A stretch of 60,029 bases of DNA from Octopus bimaculoides (lineage: Eukaryota): the NCBI RefSeq assembly GCF_001194135.2, contig NC_068988.1, positions 11,797,963 to 11,857,991 on the forward strand, read 5' to 3'. This document shows, piece after piece, positions 25,631 through 38,234 of the stretch. The stretch's first letter is position 1, and each line of letters starts with the position of its first letter. Below the pieces are notes generated by a model. It ran no database searches and was not told the origin of the DNA. It worked only from the letters and a program-made list of their open reading frames with translations. Both the position numbers and the translations under genes were made by a program.

Positions 25631-26515
25631 GGCAGAGAATATATTCCTCTGGTTTATCTGTCGGGGAGCATCCTGTGTCTTGGCAGACTTAGTAACGTAT
25701 AAATATTCATTGTATTTACAAACGCTGTCAGAATGTAATTCGCATACAGTGGCAATGTGAATTTATTAGTTAATTGTGCAGCGCACAGAGAATTTTATAC
25801 AATCTACAATACAGGGTAATCTTTTACATTAGCATACACTTTAGCCTCGTTGTGAAATATAAGCTATGTGGTTTAAGTTTCGTTCCATCGTCGGTAGAAA
25901 TGGGATAGGTGGCCGATTGGCAGAGAAGTTAGAGCGTCGATAGTATGGTTTATCTTCATCATTACAACTCTCTACTCTCTGAGTTCAAATTCCACCGAAG
26001 TCATCTTTGCCTTTTATCCTTTTGGAATCAATAAAAGAAATAACAACCAGGCTTGTACATGATTCGCTTCTTTTTCTCTCACTTTAACTTTCTGTAGAAT
26101 ATGATTCCACAAGAGAAGATGATTTCTGTAGCACTTTCTGTAGAATATGATTCCACATCGTCACTTGAGTTGCAAAAATATGGTTCAAATCTGCTATAAA
26201 TTTCACTGTACTCTTTTAAAAAGGGGAGGCGATATTAGATAATGTACCTATTGATGCAGAGCTGTGTTAACACATGGACACATTGGGCAGTTGCTTGATG
26301 ACAGGGTTCCCGAATCAAGGGGTTCAATTCTGATGTAAGTATATTGTGATTTGCAGTGAAATAAATACTGTAAGGCCCAGCTCATTGCTTCACGGTTCTA
26401 GATACCTAATTATGAATGTTGTGGCTCGCAGTCAATAATTAAAGACTATAAGGCTAGGGTCTCAATTCAGATTTATGCATGTTAATAAATGAATACTACA
26501 GGACCCAGTATACAA

Positions 26516-26717
26516 ATTTGCGTGGCATCTAAGAATCTAGGAATTGCATGGCGTCTAAGGATCTAGGAATTGCATGGCGTCGAAGGATCTAGGAGTTGCC
26601 TGGCGTCTAAGGATATGGGATTTGCGTGGCATCTAGGGATCTAGGATTTGTGTGGTGTCTAAGGATCTAGGATTTGCGTGGCATCTAAGGATCTAGGATT
26701 TGCGTGGGGTCTAAGGA
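26516..26717. repeat. 26-bp minisatellite (atttgcgtggcatctaaggatctagg), about 7.8 copies
   Basis: Directly visible 26-bp period. Confidence 0.95.
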
Positions 26718-27862
26718 TTTACGCATGTTGTGTTGATGTCAATGCATAAATACTATAGGACCCAACGCATTGACTGCAGTCCAATATATTGGTTGCTTCG
26801 GGAGTCTCACAATTCTATGGTGTCAATTCAGATCTATGAATGTTGTGACTCACTGTCAATAATTACCATAGAGCTCAGTGCACTGTTTTGCCAGGATCCC
26901 TCACGAGTCTAAGGGTCTCAATACTGCTTTATATACGTTGTGGATGGCTTTCAATAATACAATAGAGTCCAGAGCACTGATAAGCTCAGGGGCTAATAAT
27001 GCTGCTAACATAGCCCTGCGTACATACACAACAAACACTCGCTGGTTTTAATTGGAATATCTCTGATTCTGTCAATGATGACTTGTTACTGAGCAACGAA
27101 AATATATTACTAAGGATTACTGTGAAATCTATATTTGACAAAGCTCCAGTTCGTTTTATATGTAACGTTGCATTTCTGTACTTCACACACTTTTAATGAA
27201 AGAACTATATTGTCTTTTATTATATATCCTGTGCTTAACGTTGGTTCTGTTGATACAGCTGCTATTATTGATACAGCAGCAGCGGCTGAAGTTTTCTGTG
27301 TAAATTTCGCTGCCTTTAATATTCTGCAGATCCTTGATGCTAATGATGCGGAGATGGTAGTGTTATTGGTGAATGTATTTTCTATTTTTTTATTTTATTT
27401 TATTTTAGTTTAGTTTATTTTTTTTTTACTGTTTGGGCAGCTTAGTTGATAAAGTTTACTCGGCCATCGAATCAATGTTTAGGTTAACGTGAGTTTGTCA
27501 GGAATGGAAGTTGTGTCAGTAGGAATGTTAAATGGCACCATGCCAGTCTGACCAAAATTAGCCAGAAATACTTTGAACAAAAATATAGACTGGGAAAAAA
27601 AAATATATAAAATATTACTTAGAAACAAATATCGTTTTCTGCTCCACCCAAACATACACATATACACACACGCACACACACGTACACACATACTCACACA
27701 CCCAGATAAACGCACTCCAAAGCATGCACACACAACTACAAACACATACTTACACAGAGAAATATATAACTACACGCAAACATACAAATACATTCACAAG
27801 CAAATACACACATAAATACACACATACACGCACATTGATAAACACACACACACACACATACA

Positions 27863-27914
<52 letters not shown>

Positions 27915-28519
27915 CAGACGCTCACACATAGACACACACACACAGACACACTCGAAAACATTCACATACAAAACACATATATATACACACTCACACATGC
28001 ACACACGTACACAAGCATACACATACATACGTGCACACGTACAAACACACAAGACACTCACGCACACATACAATATACATACATATACATATATATATAT
28101 ATACATACACACACACACACACACACACATACACACCAATATAACTTGTTGTTATGCTTCAGTTGACAATCTATCTCACATCCCAAACCAGGCCGTCAGC
28201 CATGCAACCCGGCTCTGCAAGCTGTTTCTCTTACGCCTCTCTATATACAAACACCGCACAAAACAAATAGAGAAAGCACAGTCATCTAAAAGTGATTATT
28301 ATTGTACGTCTAATGTTTTCTTAAGTAACAATTATCGACAGAAACTTGCGCTGGATATTGTTTTTTTCATTACACCACTGAGACATGAACGTATTATGGA
28401 GTATTGAAGAGATAATGTGGTTTGTAGATACTGAATAAAGGTGGCTCGAAACTTGGGTGAGTTTGTAAACAGTAGGAGCAAGAGTTCAAATCCCTAGCGG
28501 GGAAGTTGCCTCAAGCTGT

Positions 28520-28800
28520 TTTCTGTTATTGGACTGCGACCATGCTGGGGCACCGTCTTCAGGTGCTTTAATCAAACGAATCAACGCCGAAGTTTATCCT
28601 TTTCGGCTTTTAGTTGTTTCGTCATTTGGTTACGGCCATGCTGGAGCACCACCTCGAACAAATCGACCCAGGACTATTTTTTTTAAAGCCTAGTACTTAT
28701 TCTATCGGTGCGATTTACCGAACCGCTAAGTTACGGGGCCATAAAAACATACCAACACCACCGGTTGTCAAGTGATGATGGGGGACAAACACAGAGAGAA
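28520..28800 (-). mobile_element. SINE family C 3' half (two tail copies)
   Basis: ggccatgctggagcacc twice; ctagtacttattctatcggt; ccgaaccgctaagttacgggg. Confidence 0.75.
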
Positions 28801-28850
28801 ACCACACACACACACACACACATAGACATATATATATATGAGTATATATA

Positions 28851-29061
28851 CAGGGTAGCAATAAAGTCACTGGGGAATTAACAAAGATTCCGTTTTTACA
28901 AAGAAACCGAGAAATATCGATGACCTTAAGCGATTTATTCGAGATGCATTTACAGTCTTAAGTCGTCAGAACTATTTGTGCGGTGACATTTGTCGAATCC
29001 CTCTCTCACATTGTAAGGAATACATTGAAACAGGGGCCTTGCAGTTCGAACAGTATCGGTA
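28851..29061 (+). mobile_element. Tc1/mariner-superfamily deletion derivative
   Basis: TA|cagggtagc... terminus joined to a transposase-like C-terminus KPRNIDDLKRFIRDAF...CKEYIETGALQFEQYR*. Right TIR not found. Confidence 0.5.
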
Positions 29062-29209
29062 ATTCATTTACTATTGTTTGTCATAGCATTTTATTGTTAT
29101 TAACCAGAATTAACCAGAACCATTTTAATAATTAATATCTGGACTGTTGATTAATTGCTTTGTCTTAATTTAATTGTTATTGTAAGGAAATGTATTGTAA
29201 GGAAATGTA

Positions 29210-29590
29210 TAGGCGTAGGAGTGGCTGGGTGGTAAGTGGCTTGCTTACCAACCACATGGTTCCAGTTCAGTCCCACTGTGTCTTCTACTATAGCCGCGGG
29301 CTTCGGGCCGACCAAAGCCTTGTGAGTGGATTCGGTAGACGGAAACTGAAAGAAACCCGTCGTATCTATGTTTATTTATATATATATATGCGCGCGCGTG
29401 TGCGCGCGCGTGTGTGTGTGTGTGTTTGTGTGTGTGTCTGTGTTTTTCCCCCCAACATCGCTTGACAACTGATGCTGGTGTGTTTACGTCCCCGTAACGA
29501 TACAGTTCGGCAAAAAAGAACGATAGAATAAGTACTAGGCGTTGGGGTTCGATTTGATTAACTAAACCTTCCAATGCTGCGCCCCAGAAT
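29210..29590 (+). mobile_element. SINE family C, near full length
   Basis: ggcgtaggagtggctgggtggtaag...gggccgaccaaagccttgtgagtgga...internal (GT)n...cgatagaataagtactagg. Confidence 0.85.
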
Positions 29591-31839
29591 AGACACGGTC
29601 CTGGCTACCACGCTGTGGGAATGAACGTGAAATCACGTGGCTGCAAAGCCAGATTCTTAACCAAACATTCATTCCTATGCGTATATCTACGCTTGTACAC
29701 AGGAAAGTCATAATATTAAAGGGAAAATCATAATTTGAATCTCTCTGCAACAAGCAAAGGAAACTGTTAAACTTCCTCATAGGATTTAAGGCTCACCATG
29801 AATTGGAAATTAATTAGGTCGTTTCATAGCAAAAGCCATTCGTTCTGGAAGATTATGAGTTGATTAGAAAATCATACATTCTCGTTATTCTAAAGTCGTG
29901 ACAATGTATTTGATTGTCAAGCGGTATCGACCATGTACTTACAAACAAACTTTTTCTCTCACTTCGCAGAAAAGACTGTATGATATTTAACCCTTTGCTT
30001 TACCAAATCATTTTCATAAACTTGTTTTAAACATCTATGTTTGTTTTCAGACTTTTAGTTAGGCCATGTTTCATACATTTTGAGTAATATAAAGTTTTCA
30101 TTTCATAAGTCCCCAGCTGTTAGTCGGAAAGAACTGAAAATGTGTATCTTGTACGATGCGTGGACGCAAGGAAAATATGTTGTGTATCGCATGTAGGAAC
30201 TTTATAGTCCCCCTGGCAAATCAATTCACTAGGCTTTAGTATTTATTTATTGGCAGCAAGCGACCACAACTACAAACGAGAACTGAGCCCCTTGACCATT
30301 TAGGTCCGTGAGCGACTGCCTAGTGTGTCCATACCTTAAGACGGCCTAGATTGCATGTAATTCACAAGGCAGGCAAAAGTTTAAACGGGCGACCATTTCT
30401 GTGTCCAGACGTACAATCTTGTAGAATAGTAAGATATATCGCCTGGAGCTGTTTTATAATTTTTTTATTGTATGACTATTTACGTTAAAAGTTTAACATA
30501 TTAAACACAGTTATCAGCCTTGTGGACGCTCCTAAGAATAAAATATAATTATATTGGATCATCCATTTAATTTTGATTTTCACTTCGATTGTTACTTTCT
30601 GTTTATCCTATACTTTCTCAGTCGATCATGGCTACCGTTAATGTAATGGCTTCGATACAGTAACAGGACAGATTACTCTATAATGTGATTCTCATGGAAT
30701 TTAATTTCACTAAAGCTAGCCTTGTTTAAAGCCTCCATCATCGCAGCCACCATCGCCACACCGTTTCCCAATGGCTCAGAATTGATTATTTAAATATAAT
30801 TGCTGATTTCATCATAGGAGGTTTTTATGTCCTCATTCAAGCACAAAATCACCAAATTATTCGTCTCTAATTAAACATTCCTTATTTCAGACTGTATGTT
30901 TTCCATCTCTCCTCACACAGTTTCCTCTCATCCGACTCAGCTCACTATAATCCATTAGCTGCAGCGAAAGGAAATCACAATATTTATTTTATTTTAATCG
31001 CCCTTTAATTTAATGCGAATAACAGAGGCAGAGTGAGAAAGAGAAAGAGAGAGAGGGGGGGAGCGAGAATCAATATAGCTAATCGAATATGGGACCAGAT
31101 TTCGATTTCTGATTTTATTCATTACCATTCACTAAGTCAGTACTACTTTCGCGAGACAAATGAACGAACATCAAAGAATGACTTAAAAGAAATTTATGTT
31201 AATACTCTGCAGTTGTAATAGTCATGAAGATGTATGTTAACCTAAGCTTCACTGGTGCTGTAGTTATTTATCCCCAAGCGAGCTCTATACTTGAGCAGGC
31301 ACGACTAAAGACGTGCCAAAGGTGGCCATCACCTTTTACACTGTGAAGTTTTGCACTATTGTTTTAAAATGTATTCTGAATTGAGGAAAATTGTCAGCAA
31401 TTTCTAACCAGTAAAAAGAATGCGTAATGGGTTGAACTTTGAGGCTCTCTCATAGTTACTTCACACGCTAGAAATAGCACCTAAATTATCCTCAAATCAC
31501 ACTTACGCATTTAAAAAATAGGAAACTATTAATATTTTTATCCTGTTTTCGCTACTTATAGGAAAAGAGTGGATGGTCACGGCAGGAAAGCCTTTGATCA
31601 GAAGTCTTTGCAATTAAGATTCCCTTGAGAGCAACTTTTCGTTAAAGGCGTATTGAATCAAGAGAATTTTAGATTCCCTGAGATATTCTCCTGCCGTTAT
31701 TGCAGCCGGTAGCAATCACCGCTAGCTGTTTGTTTATTTCCTCTCGAAGCCAAGAGGAAATCATTAACTTAGGAATGTATTTTGCTCGGTTATTTACCTT
31801 TCTAATGGCCAAGGTGCCACGCAGTGGGACTAAACCTGG

Positions 31840-32270
31840 AACTAGGACGTCACTAAAAGTAAACGACATGAAATACGAAAACAAATGAGTGAAATACGAG
31901 AGAAACAAATGGAAAACAGGACAAGTAATACAAAGAATATAAAGAACGACCCTTCATCAGTTGTCGGCTGTCTGTCTACTCTTCATTTCGAGCATTGAAC
32001 GACAATATGAGTCTTCGAAGACAGTTGCTCCCATAAGTACCAAAATAAAATTTGGGATTTATGGAGGGTCAAAGTAGGAAACTAGAACAGGACCCTTTAT
32101 TAGTTGTCGCGAAATGGGGAATAGATAGACAGCCGACAACTGGCGAAGGGTCATTCTTTGTATTTTTTGTATTACTTGTCCTGTTTTCCATGTTTTCTCT
32201 CGTTGTTTGCGTATTTAACTCATTTGTTTTCGTATTTCATGTTGTTTTGCAGTTCGTGACGTCCTGTACC
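31840..32270. repeat. foldback element (family E), ~150-bp imperfect arms around a ~119-bp spacer
   Basis: 31840-31990 is approximately the reverse complement of 32110-32270. A related single arm occurs at about 52150-52335 (gacaactgatgaagggg...gatgtcctgtacccatatatgca). Confidence 0.85.
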
Positions 32271-32598
32271 CTTATATGCATATATATATATATATATATT
32301 ATTCATATTATTATTTAATTGAACGCCACGCACCCATTTCTAAGTAAGTATATATATATATACATATATATAATTATATAGACACACGCATATGTGACAG
32401 GTATTATATATCAATGTGTCTGTCTGTTTGTGGTGTTGTCTTCATCCGTCTGGATGTAGATTGAATACATTCGTGTGTGTGTGCGTGAGTGTGTGTGAGT
32501 GCGGTACAGTCTTGGACATATAAAACATACATACGCACATATATAAACATACTAGAAACACACACACACGCACATGCTGACCTTCGAACACACACACA

Positions 32599-32675
<77 letters not shown>

Positions 32676-34305
32676 CTTACACACACACTTGGAAGAGCGA
32701 ATGTTAATTCTATTACTATTACTATTTCTATATATTATCGGCTCTCGGCGTATCTATATGTAGCACATCGTTTAGCTGTTAGGGAAGCTTTAGTATTGCT
32801 TTGATTGTCTGCAACCGATCAATACATTACTTTAGTTAAAGCTGCAATGTGTATTCTGGATTTAAACTCCCCTGCGATTTTTCTAATCAGACAAAACAAA
32901 ACCATACATTCACAAACACAGCTGAATGAGACTATAAAGGTATATCAAGACGCTGGGAGAATACAACGCACATTATATGTGCGATAATGAGAGGAGTAAG
33001 CCTGTGTACGTTTATATATATATATATATATATNNNNNNNNNNNNNNNNNNNNNNNNNNNNNNNNNNNNNNNNNNNNNNNNNNNNNNNNNNNNNNNNNNN
33101 NNNNNNNNNNNNNNNNNNNNNNNNNNNNNNNNNNNNNNNNNNNNNNNNNNNNNNNNNNNNNNNNNNNNNNNNNNNNNNNNNNNNNNNNNNNNNNNNNNNN
33201 NNNNNNNNNNNNNNNNNNNNNNNNNNNNNNNNNNNNNNNNNNNNNNNNNNNNNNNNNNNNNNNNNNNNNNNNNNNNNNNNNNNNNNNNNNNNNNNNNNNN
33301 NNNNNNNNNNNNNNNNNNNNNNNNNNNNNNNNNNNNNNNNNNNNNNNNNNNNNNNNNNNNNNNNNNNNNNNNNNNNNNNNNNNNNNNNNNNNNNNNNNNN
33401 NNNNNNNNNNNNNNNNNNNNNNNNNNNNNNNNNNNNNNNNNNNNNNNNNNNNNNNNNNNNNNNNNNNNNNNNNNNNNNNNNNNNNNNNNNNNNNNNNNNN
33501 NNNNNNNNNNNNNNNNNNNNNNNNNNNNNNNNNNNNNNNNNNNNNNNNNNNNNNNNNNNNNNNNNNNNNNNNNNNNNNNNNNNNNNNNNNNNNNNNNNNN
33601 NNNNNNNNNNNNNNNNNNNNNNNNNNNNNNNNNNNNNNNNNNNNNNNNNNNNNNNNNNNNNNNNNNNNNNNNNNNNNNNNNNNNNNNNNNNNNNNNNNNN
33701 NNNNNNNNNNNNNNNNNNNNNNNNNNNNNNNNNNNNNNNNNNNNNNNNNNNNNNNNNNNNNNNNNNNNNNNNNNNNNNNNNNNNNNNNNNNNNNNNNNNN
33801 NNNNNNNNNNNNNNNNNNNNNNNNNNNNNNNNNNNNNNNNNNNNNNNNNNNNNNNNNNNNNNNNNNNNNNNNNNNNNNNNNNNNNNNNNNNNNNNNNNNN
33901 NNNNNNNNNNNNNNNNNNNNNTATATATATATATATATATATCAGTTCGATTCCCGGCGGCGCGTTGTGTCCTTGAGAAAGACACTTTATTTCACGTTAC
34001 TTCAGTCGACTCACCCGGCAGTTGAGATTCTGAGCAGGTTTTGTTGACCTACCTTGAATTCATCTGCCCTTCTTTATTTCGAGTTTGTTGAGATTCTGTG
34101 CAGATTTCGTTGGTTTGCCTGGAACTCGTCTGCCCTTTTCTATTTCCAGTTTGCCTATCACTAAGCAGTGGACTGACTGTAAAAATCAAAACTTGACGTA
34201 TACAAAGTTCTCGTTGTTCCTACACAACATCACTGTAGTGAAACCGTAGGAGTTTACCAAATCCATACTAAAAGATCTTGACCATTTCAATATAACATGA
34301 CTGTG

Positions 34306-34522
34306 AAAATTCTTAACATTATGTGGCCGGATAAAACTTCCAGCACAGTTGTGCTCGCGATAGAGCTAATACGTCAAGCATGTATGCTTTATTTAGTAAA
34401 TTCCATTTGCGTTTGGAGTAAACATGTAGATTTTCTTTGGTGAACTTGCAGCTGGCTCTCGGTTACGTGGTGGTCCAAAGAAAAGATACAAAGACATGCT
34501 CAAGGCAACCTTAAAATTTTAG
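34306..34522 (+). pseudogene. RTE-clade LINE ORF C-terminal remnant
   Basis: KILNIMWPDKT...VL / RANTSSMYALFSKFHLR / IFFGELAAGSRLRGGPKKRYKDMLKATLK matches the RTE pattern ILxIxWxD...LxGEL...GRPKKRYKD. Confidence 0.75.
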
Positions 34523-34829
34523 CATAAAGCCGTCACAGAGTCATTCAATGTGGCATAAGGCTGAGTGATCTGAGGTATATAATCATACATACGTATGCAG
34601 ACACACACACATACACAGACACAATGTACACATAGACATATCGAAAATAAATAGACAAGACCATGTTTAAAAGACTTATTTTTTTTAGGAGCAAAGTAAG
34701 ATTATTTCATGCATTTAAATGCTTAATGTAATATTTAGCAGACATGCCTTTTGCATGGTACATTAACAAACTTGAAACCTCAGCTAGTGTCCTCACAGAC
34801 ATAACGGTATAACGAGGGTGTATATTCAC

Positions 34830-34836
34830 TTTTGAG

Positions 34837-34880
<44 letters not shown>

Positions 34881-35006
34881 AGAGAGAGAAAGAGAGAGGA
34901 AGGGAAAGACTGAGGGTGTGTGTGACAGAGAGAGAGAGAGACAGAGACAGACAGACAGAGACAGACAGACAGAGACAGACAGACAGACAGACAGAGACAG
35001 ACAGAC

Positions 35007-35066
<60 letters not shown>
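34830..35066. repeat. (AG)n/(AGAC)n compound microsatellite
   Basis: Directly visible. Confidence 0.95.
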
Positions 35067-35067
<1 letters not shown>

Positions 35068-35900
35068 GGGAACAACCTTTTCAAGAGAAACTGCGTCAAA
35101 AAGTTAACTCAACTAGTCTGTAAATACAGATCAATAAAATGTAAACCAGACTGAAATAAATTCAGGAGTCAATACGATCGACTGCAACACGTGACCCAAG
35201 CCCAATGACCAATAGCCGTTAAATTTTGTTGCTTTTGTTTTGTTTTGGTTTTTAAAACTAAAAGAAAAAGCAGTACTATGAGTTAAATTATCCAGTTGAA
35301 TATTTGGAAATATTTCCCAGACATAAACACATTTGACATGTATGATTTATCTCAACATATTTATTTATTTTGAATGAAGGCTAGATATATAGTTTAGTAT
35401 TGAACTCAATAATTCATGGTTTCTCGTGTTTTATGTAGTTTTGTTTTGTTTCTGAATGCCTGCAATAACGACTAACTTGGACGTATTCCGAGGAGCAAGG
35501 TCAAAATTCATAACCTTTTGCAACGTATCTTAAATTGGTAAGGGTGGGAGGGGTTCGAGGAAAGAAAGGAAGGAAGGAAGGGCGAGAGAAAGAGAATTAA
35601 GGAAGGAACAAACGAGAATGAAGGTAAGCCGACACGACATTCCATGTGTTGATGCCTTTCTGCAGAAGATAACAGGAGCTCAAGATGTCTGTGTATCCTA
35701 AAGACAGAGATTTCACTCTAATGAAGGCAACAAGGCGAAACTCGATAACTGCATCGAGGGGTAACGCAGTGGTGTTGAACAGAGACGACGGATTAAATGT
35801 ACATCAGAAAAAAATCAATCGTGCTGCACTCTAAAGAATCCTTTGTAATAAACTTTGGTATGCGTGTACACACACACACACACACACATACATTCATATA

Positions 35901-35932
<32 letters not shown>

Positions 35933-35961
35933 CACATACGCGCACTCACACACACACACAC

Positions 35962-35993
<32 letters not shown>

Positions 35994-36003
35994 NNNNNNN
36001 NNN

Positions 36004-36049
<46 letters not shown>

Positions 36050-36477
36050 CAAACCAAAGCAGGATAGTTTTTTTATATTTATAAAATCATCTTACGCGCC
36101 TTCCATTAACAAAGAATGCTTATCAGTTATATAATACAAACTATGCATAAATTATGTAATCAAATTGCATTGCCAAATGTTCAGAGACGCGTCACTCTCA
36201 TTCGTAAATGTTAGGAGAATAATGAGTGTTGCCATCATTGATTCTGCAAAAGCATGAAAATTTTCATATAACGTGTACAGAAACTCATTTATATCAACCA
36301 TATAACATATATGCACTGAACCTATATTGAATAAAATTCTTATACTATGTTGTGTATATGTAACGGCTTTAATAAAGAACATACCATAACGATATTTATA
36401 TAATATGTGTGTGTGTGTGTGCGTATGTGTATGTGAGTATGTGTACATACATATGTATCTATGCATATATGTATGTA

Positions 36478-37060
36478 TGTCATTATTCAGTTTTGTTTCA
36501 AGATTTCTTGCCAATAGAGAAAGAACCGGTTTCTAACCTAGATCTAGAATTTCAATATCAACGACAGGATATTTTCGTTTGTATGTATGTATATATATGT
36601 ATGCATATATGTATGCATATATGTGTGCAGATTTGTATGCTTTGTTTTATGTATGTATTTTCATGCATATAGTTGCATATATAGACATGCTCATATACAT
36701 TTAAATGATAAACTTCTGGAAAGTTTCACGGATTTTTACAGTTCCGGTCATGGATTGGATCTTTAGTCTTCGAATCCACTTTCTGGTTTTGAGAAGCCTA
36801 ATTTATCAAGATTGGTATTACATATCCCAGGATTCAAATAATTACAGGTATAAACCTGAGCTTGTAAACTAGATAGAGTAATTGCAGATTTCTCATTAGT
36901 TCAGCATAGGTGTTCTCTTTTTCACTGATCTTCAACTTTATGTTAACGTCGTCTGCGCAGCTAATTTCCATAACTCTACACAGTTTCTCTTCTCTATCCC
37001 AAATCTTTATATCAGGTCTGTTGTGCTTACATTTTATTGCACATAGTCTTCAAAGTGTGA
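36478..37060 (-). mobile_element. R4/Dong-like non-LTR retrotransposon 3' end with restriction-like endonuclease remnant (36701-37040) and 3' UTR
   Basis: Minus strand 37028-36837 reads KHNRPDIKIWDREEKLCRVMEISCADDVNIKLKISEKENTYAELMRNLQLLY...FIPVII*ILGYV, matching the RPD...D/E..P.D.N....EK..KY..L...IPIVIGALG pattern. Confidence 0.8.
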
Positions 37061-37189
37061 TGTGATGTGATGTGATGTAAGGGTCCTTGTGTCCAAGAGA
37101 GGTTGCCCTTCGTGTCACTTCTACTGTCTTCTGGGCAACGTACCCATGCATAGTCTTTCTTTTTTTTTTGTTGTAAGTAGGTATGTATG

Positions 37190-37400
37190 AATGTCATTGT
37201 TCAGTTTTATTTCAAGATTTCTTGCCAATAGAGAAAGAGTTGGCTTCTAACCTAGATCCAAGTCTCCTTCATTGGAATTTCATCATCAACAACAGGGTAT
37301 TTTTGTATGTATGCATGTATGTATGTATGCATGCATGTATGTATATATGTATAGACAGATAGATAGAATACATGCTACATTCATTATTTAGAGAATACAC
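37190..37400 (-). mobile_element. second copy of the R4-like 3' UTR
   Basis: ttcaagatttcttgccaatagagaaaga...tctaacctagatc is shared with 36497-36545. Confidence 0.85.
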
Positions 37401-38082
37401 TAGTTGAGTACAAGAATGTTGGTCAAAAACCTGTCTTAAAATGTCGTCCATTTTGATGGTACGGGTATACTAGTTAATATACCTTTATTCCTTTGCAGTG
37501 TTGAAATCTTGTTGCATTGAATATCTCATACGTTATACAACTGAGAACAAACATAATATCGCAACTTTAAAAACAAACTTTTTCTATATTACTTCAGTTA
37601 ATCGCCATTATGTCTATTTATTATTTTAAGAGGATTAAACATCTACATGTCTGAGATTAATAGTTGTTAACAAGATTGATATTAGCCAAGCTGTTTACTT
37701 CATTTTGAGAGATGATATATTTCAAGTATTTATATCAACATTATATCTCGTTTTGTTCGGCCTATGATCACCACCAGGTTTTTTTTTTCTTTTTATTCTT
37801 GGTTCTCATACAAAACAACAAACGGGATTACAGGTAGGAATCTATACTGCTAACGAAGAGCAGAATGAAAGATATTCTGGTGGACATGAATATTAATAAT
37901 CATTACTCAGGAATATTTGTGGCGATTCAGGTGTTTTCATAAAAGACCAATGATTCCTGATTAGCATCTGTGGAACTTTTTAAGTTATCTCCTGGTCGAC
38001 ATTCAAGAAAACTTACGCAACGCATTAAAGCTAATAATTCAATTAAATATATCTGAGTGTGTTCTAATATATATCTATACAC

Positions 38083-38232
38083 ACGGGTAAGCACATAAAT
38101 GCAAAATAAGGTGGAAAACCAGTACTTGAATACCGAAGGTAGAGCAATATGCTTTTTTATTAAAGATGCAAGAACACCACAAAAATTCTTACTCCGAGTA
38201 ACAGTTTTTGTGATGCTTTCACAACTTTCATA
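38083..38232. repeat. foldback element family D with central deletion
   Basis: gtaagcacataaatgc...aatatgctt...attaaag matches 57294-57380; inverts at cttactc|cgagtaacagtttttgtgatg. Confidence 0.8.
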
Positions 38233-38234
38233 AA

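Noticed and set aside
26516-26717. Regular 26-bp repeats as a CRISPR-like array
   Set aside because: Units are head-to-tail with no unique spacers; eukaryotic context; no cas genes.
35712-35772. CTAATGA-AG-GC..GC-GAAA-CTCGAT..ATCGAG as a hammerhead
   Set aside because: Stem III is not closed by A-U, and 8 extra nt precede the putative stem I partner; likely chance.
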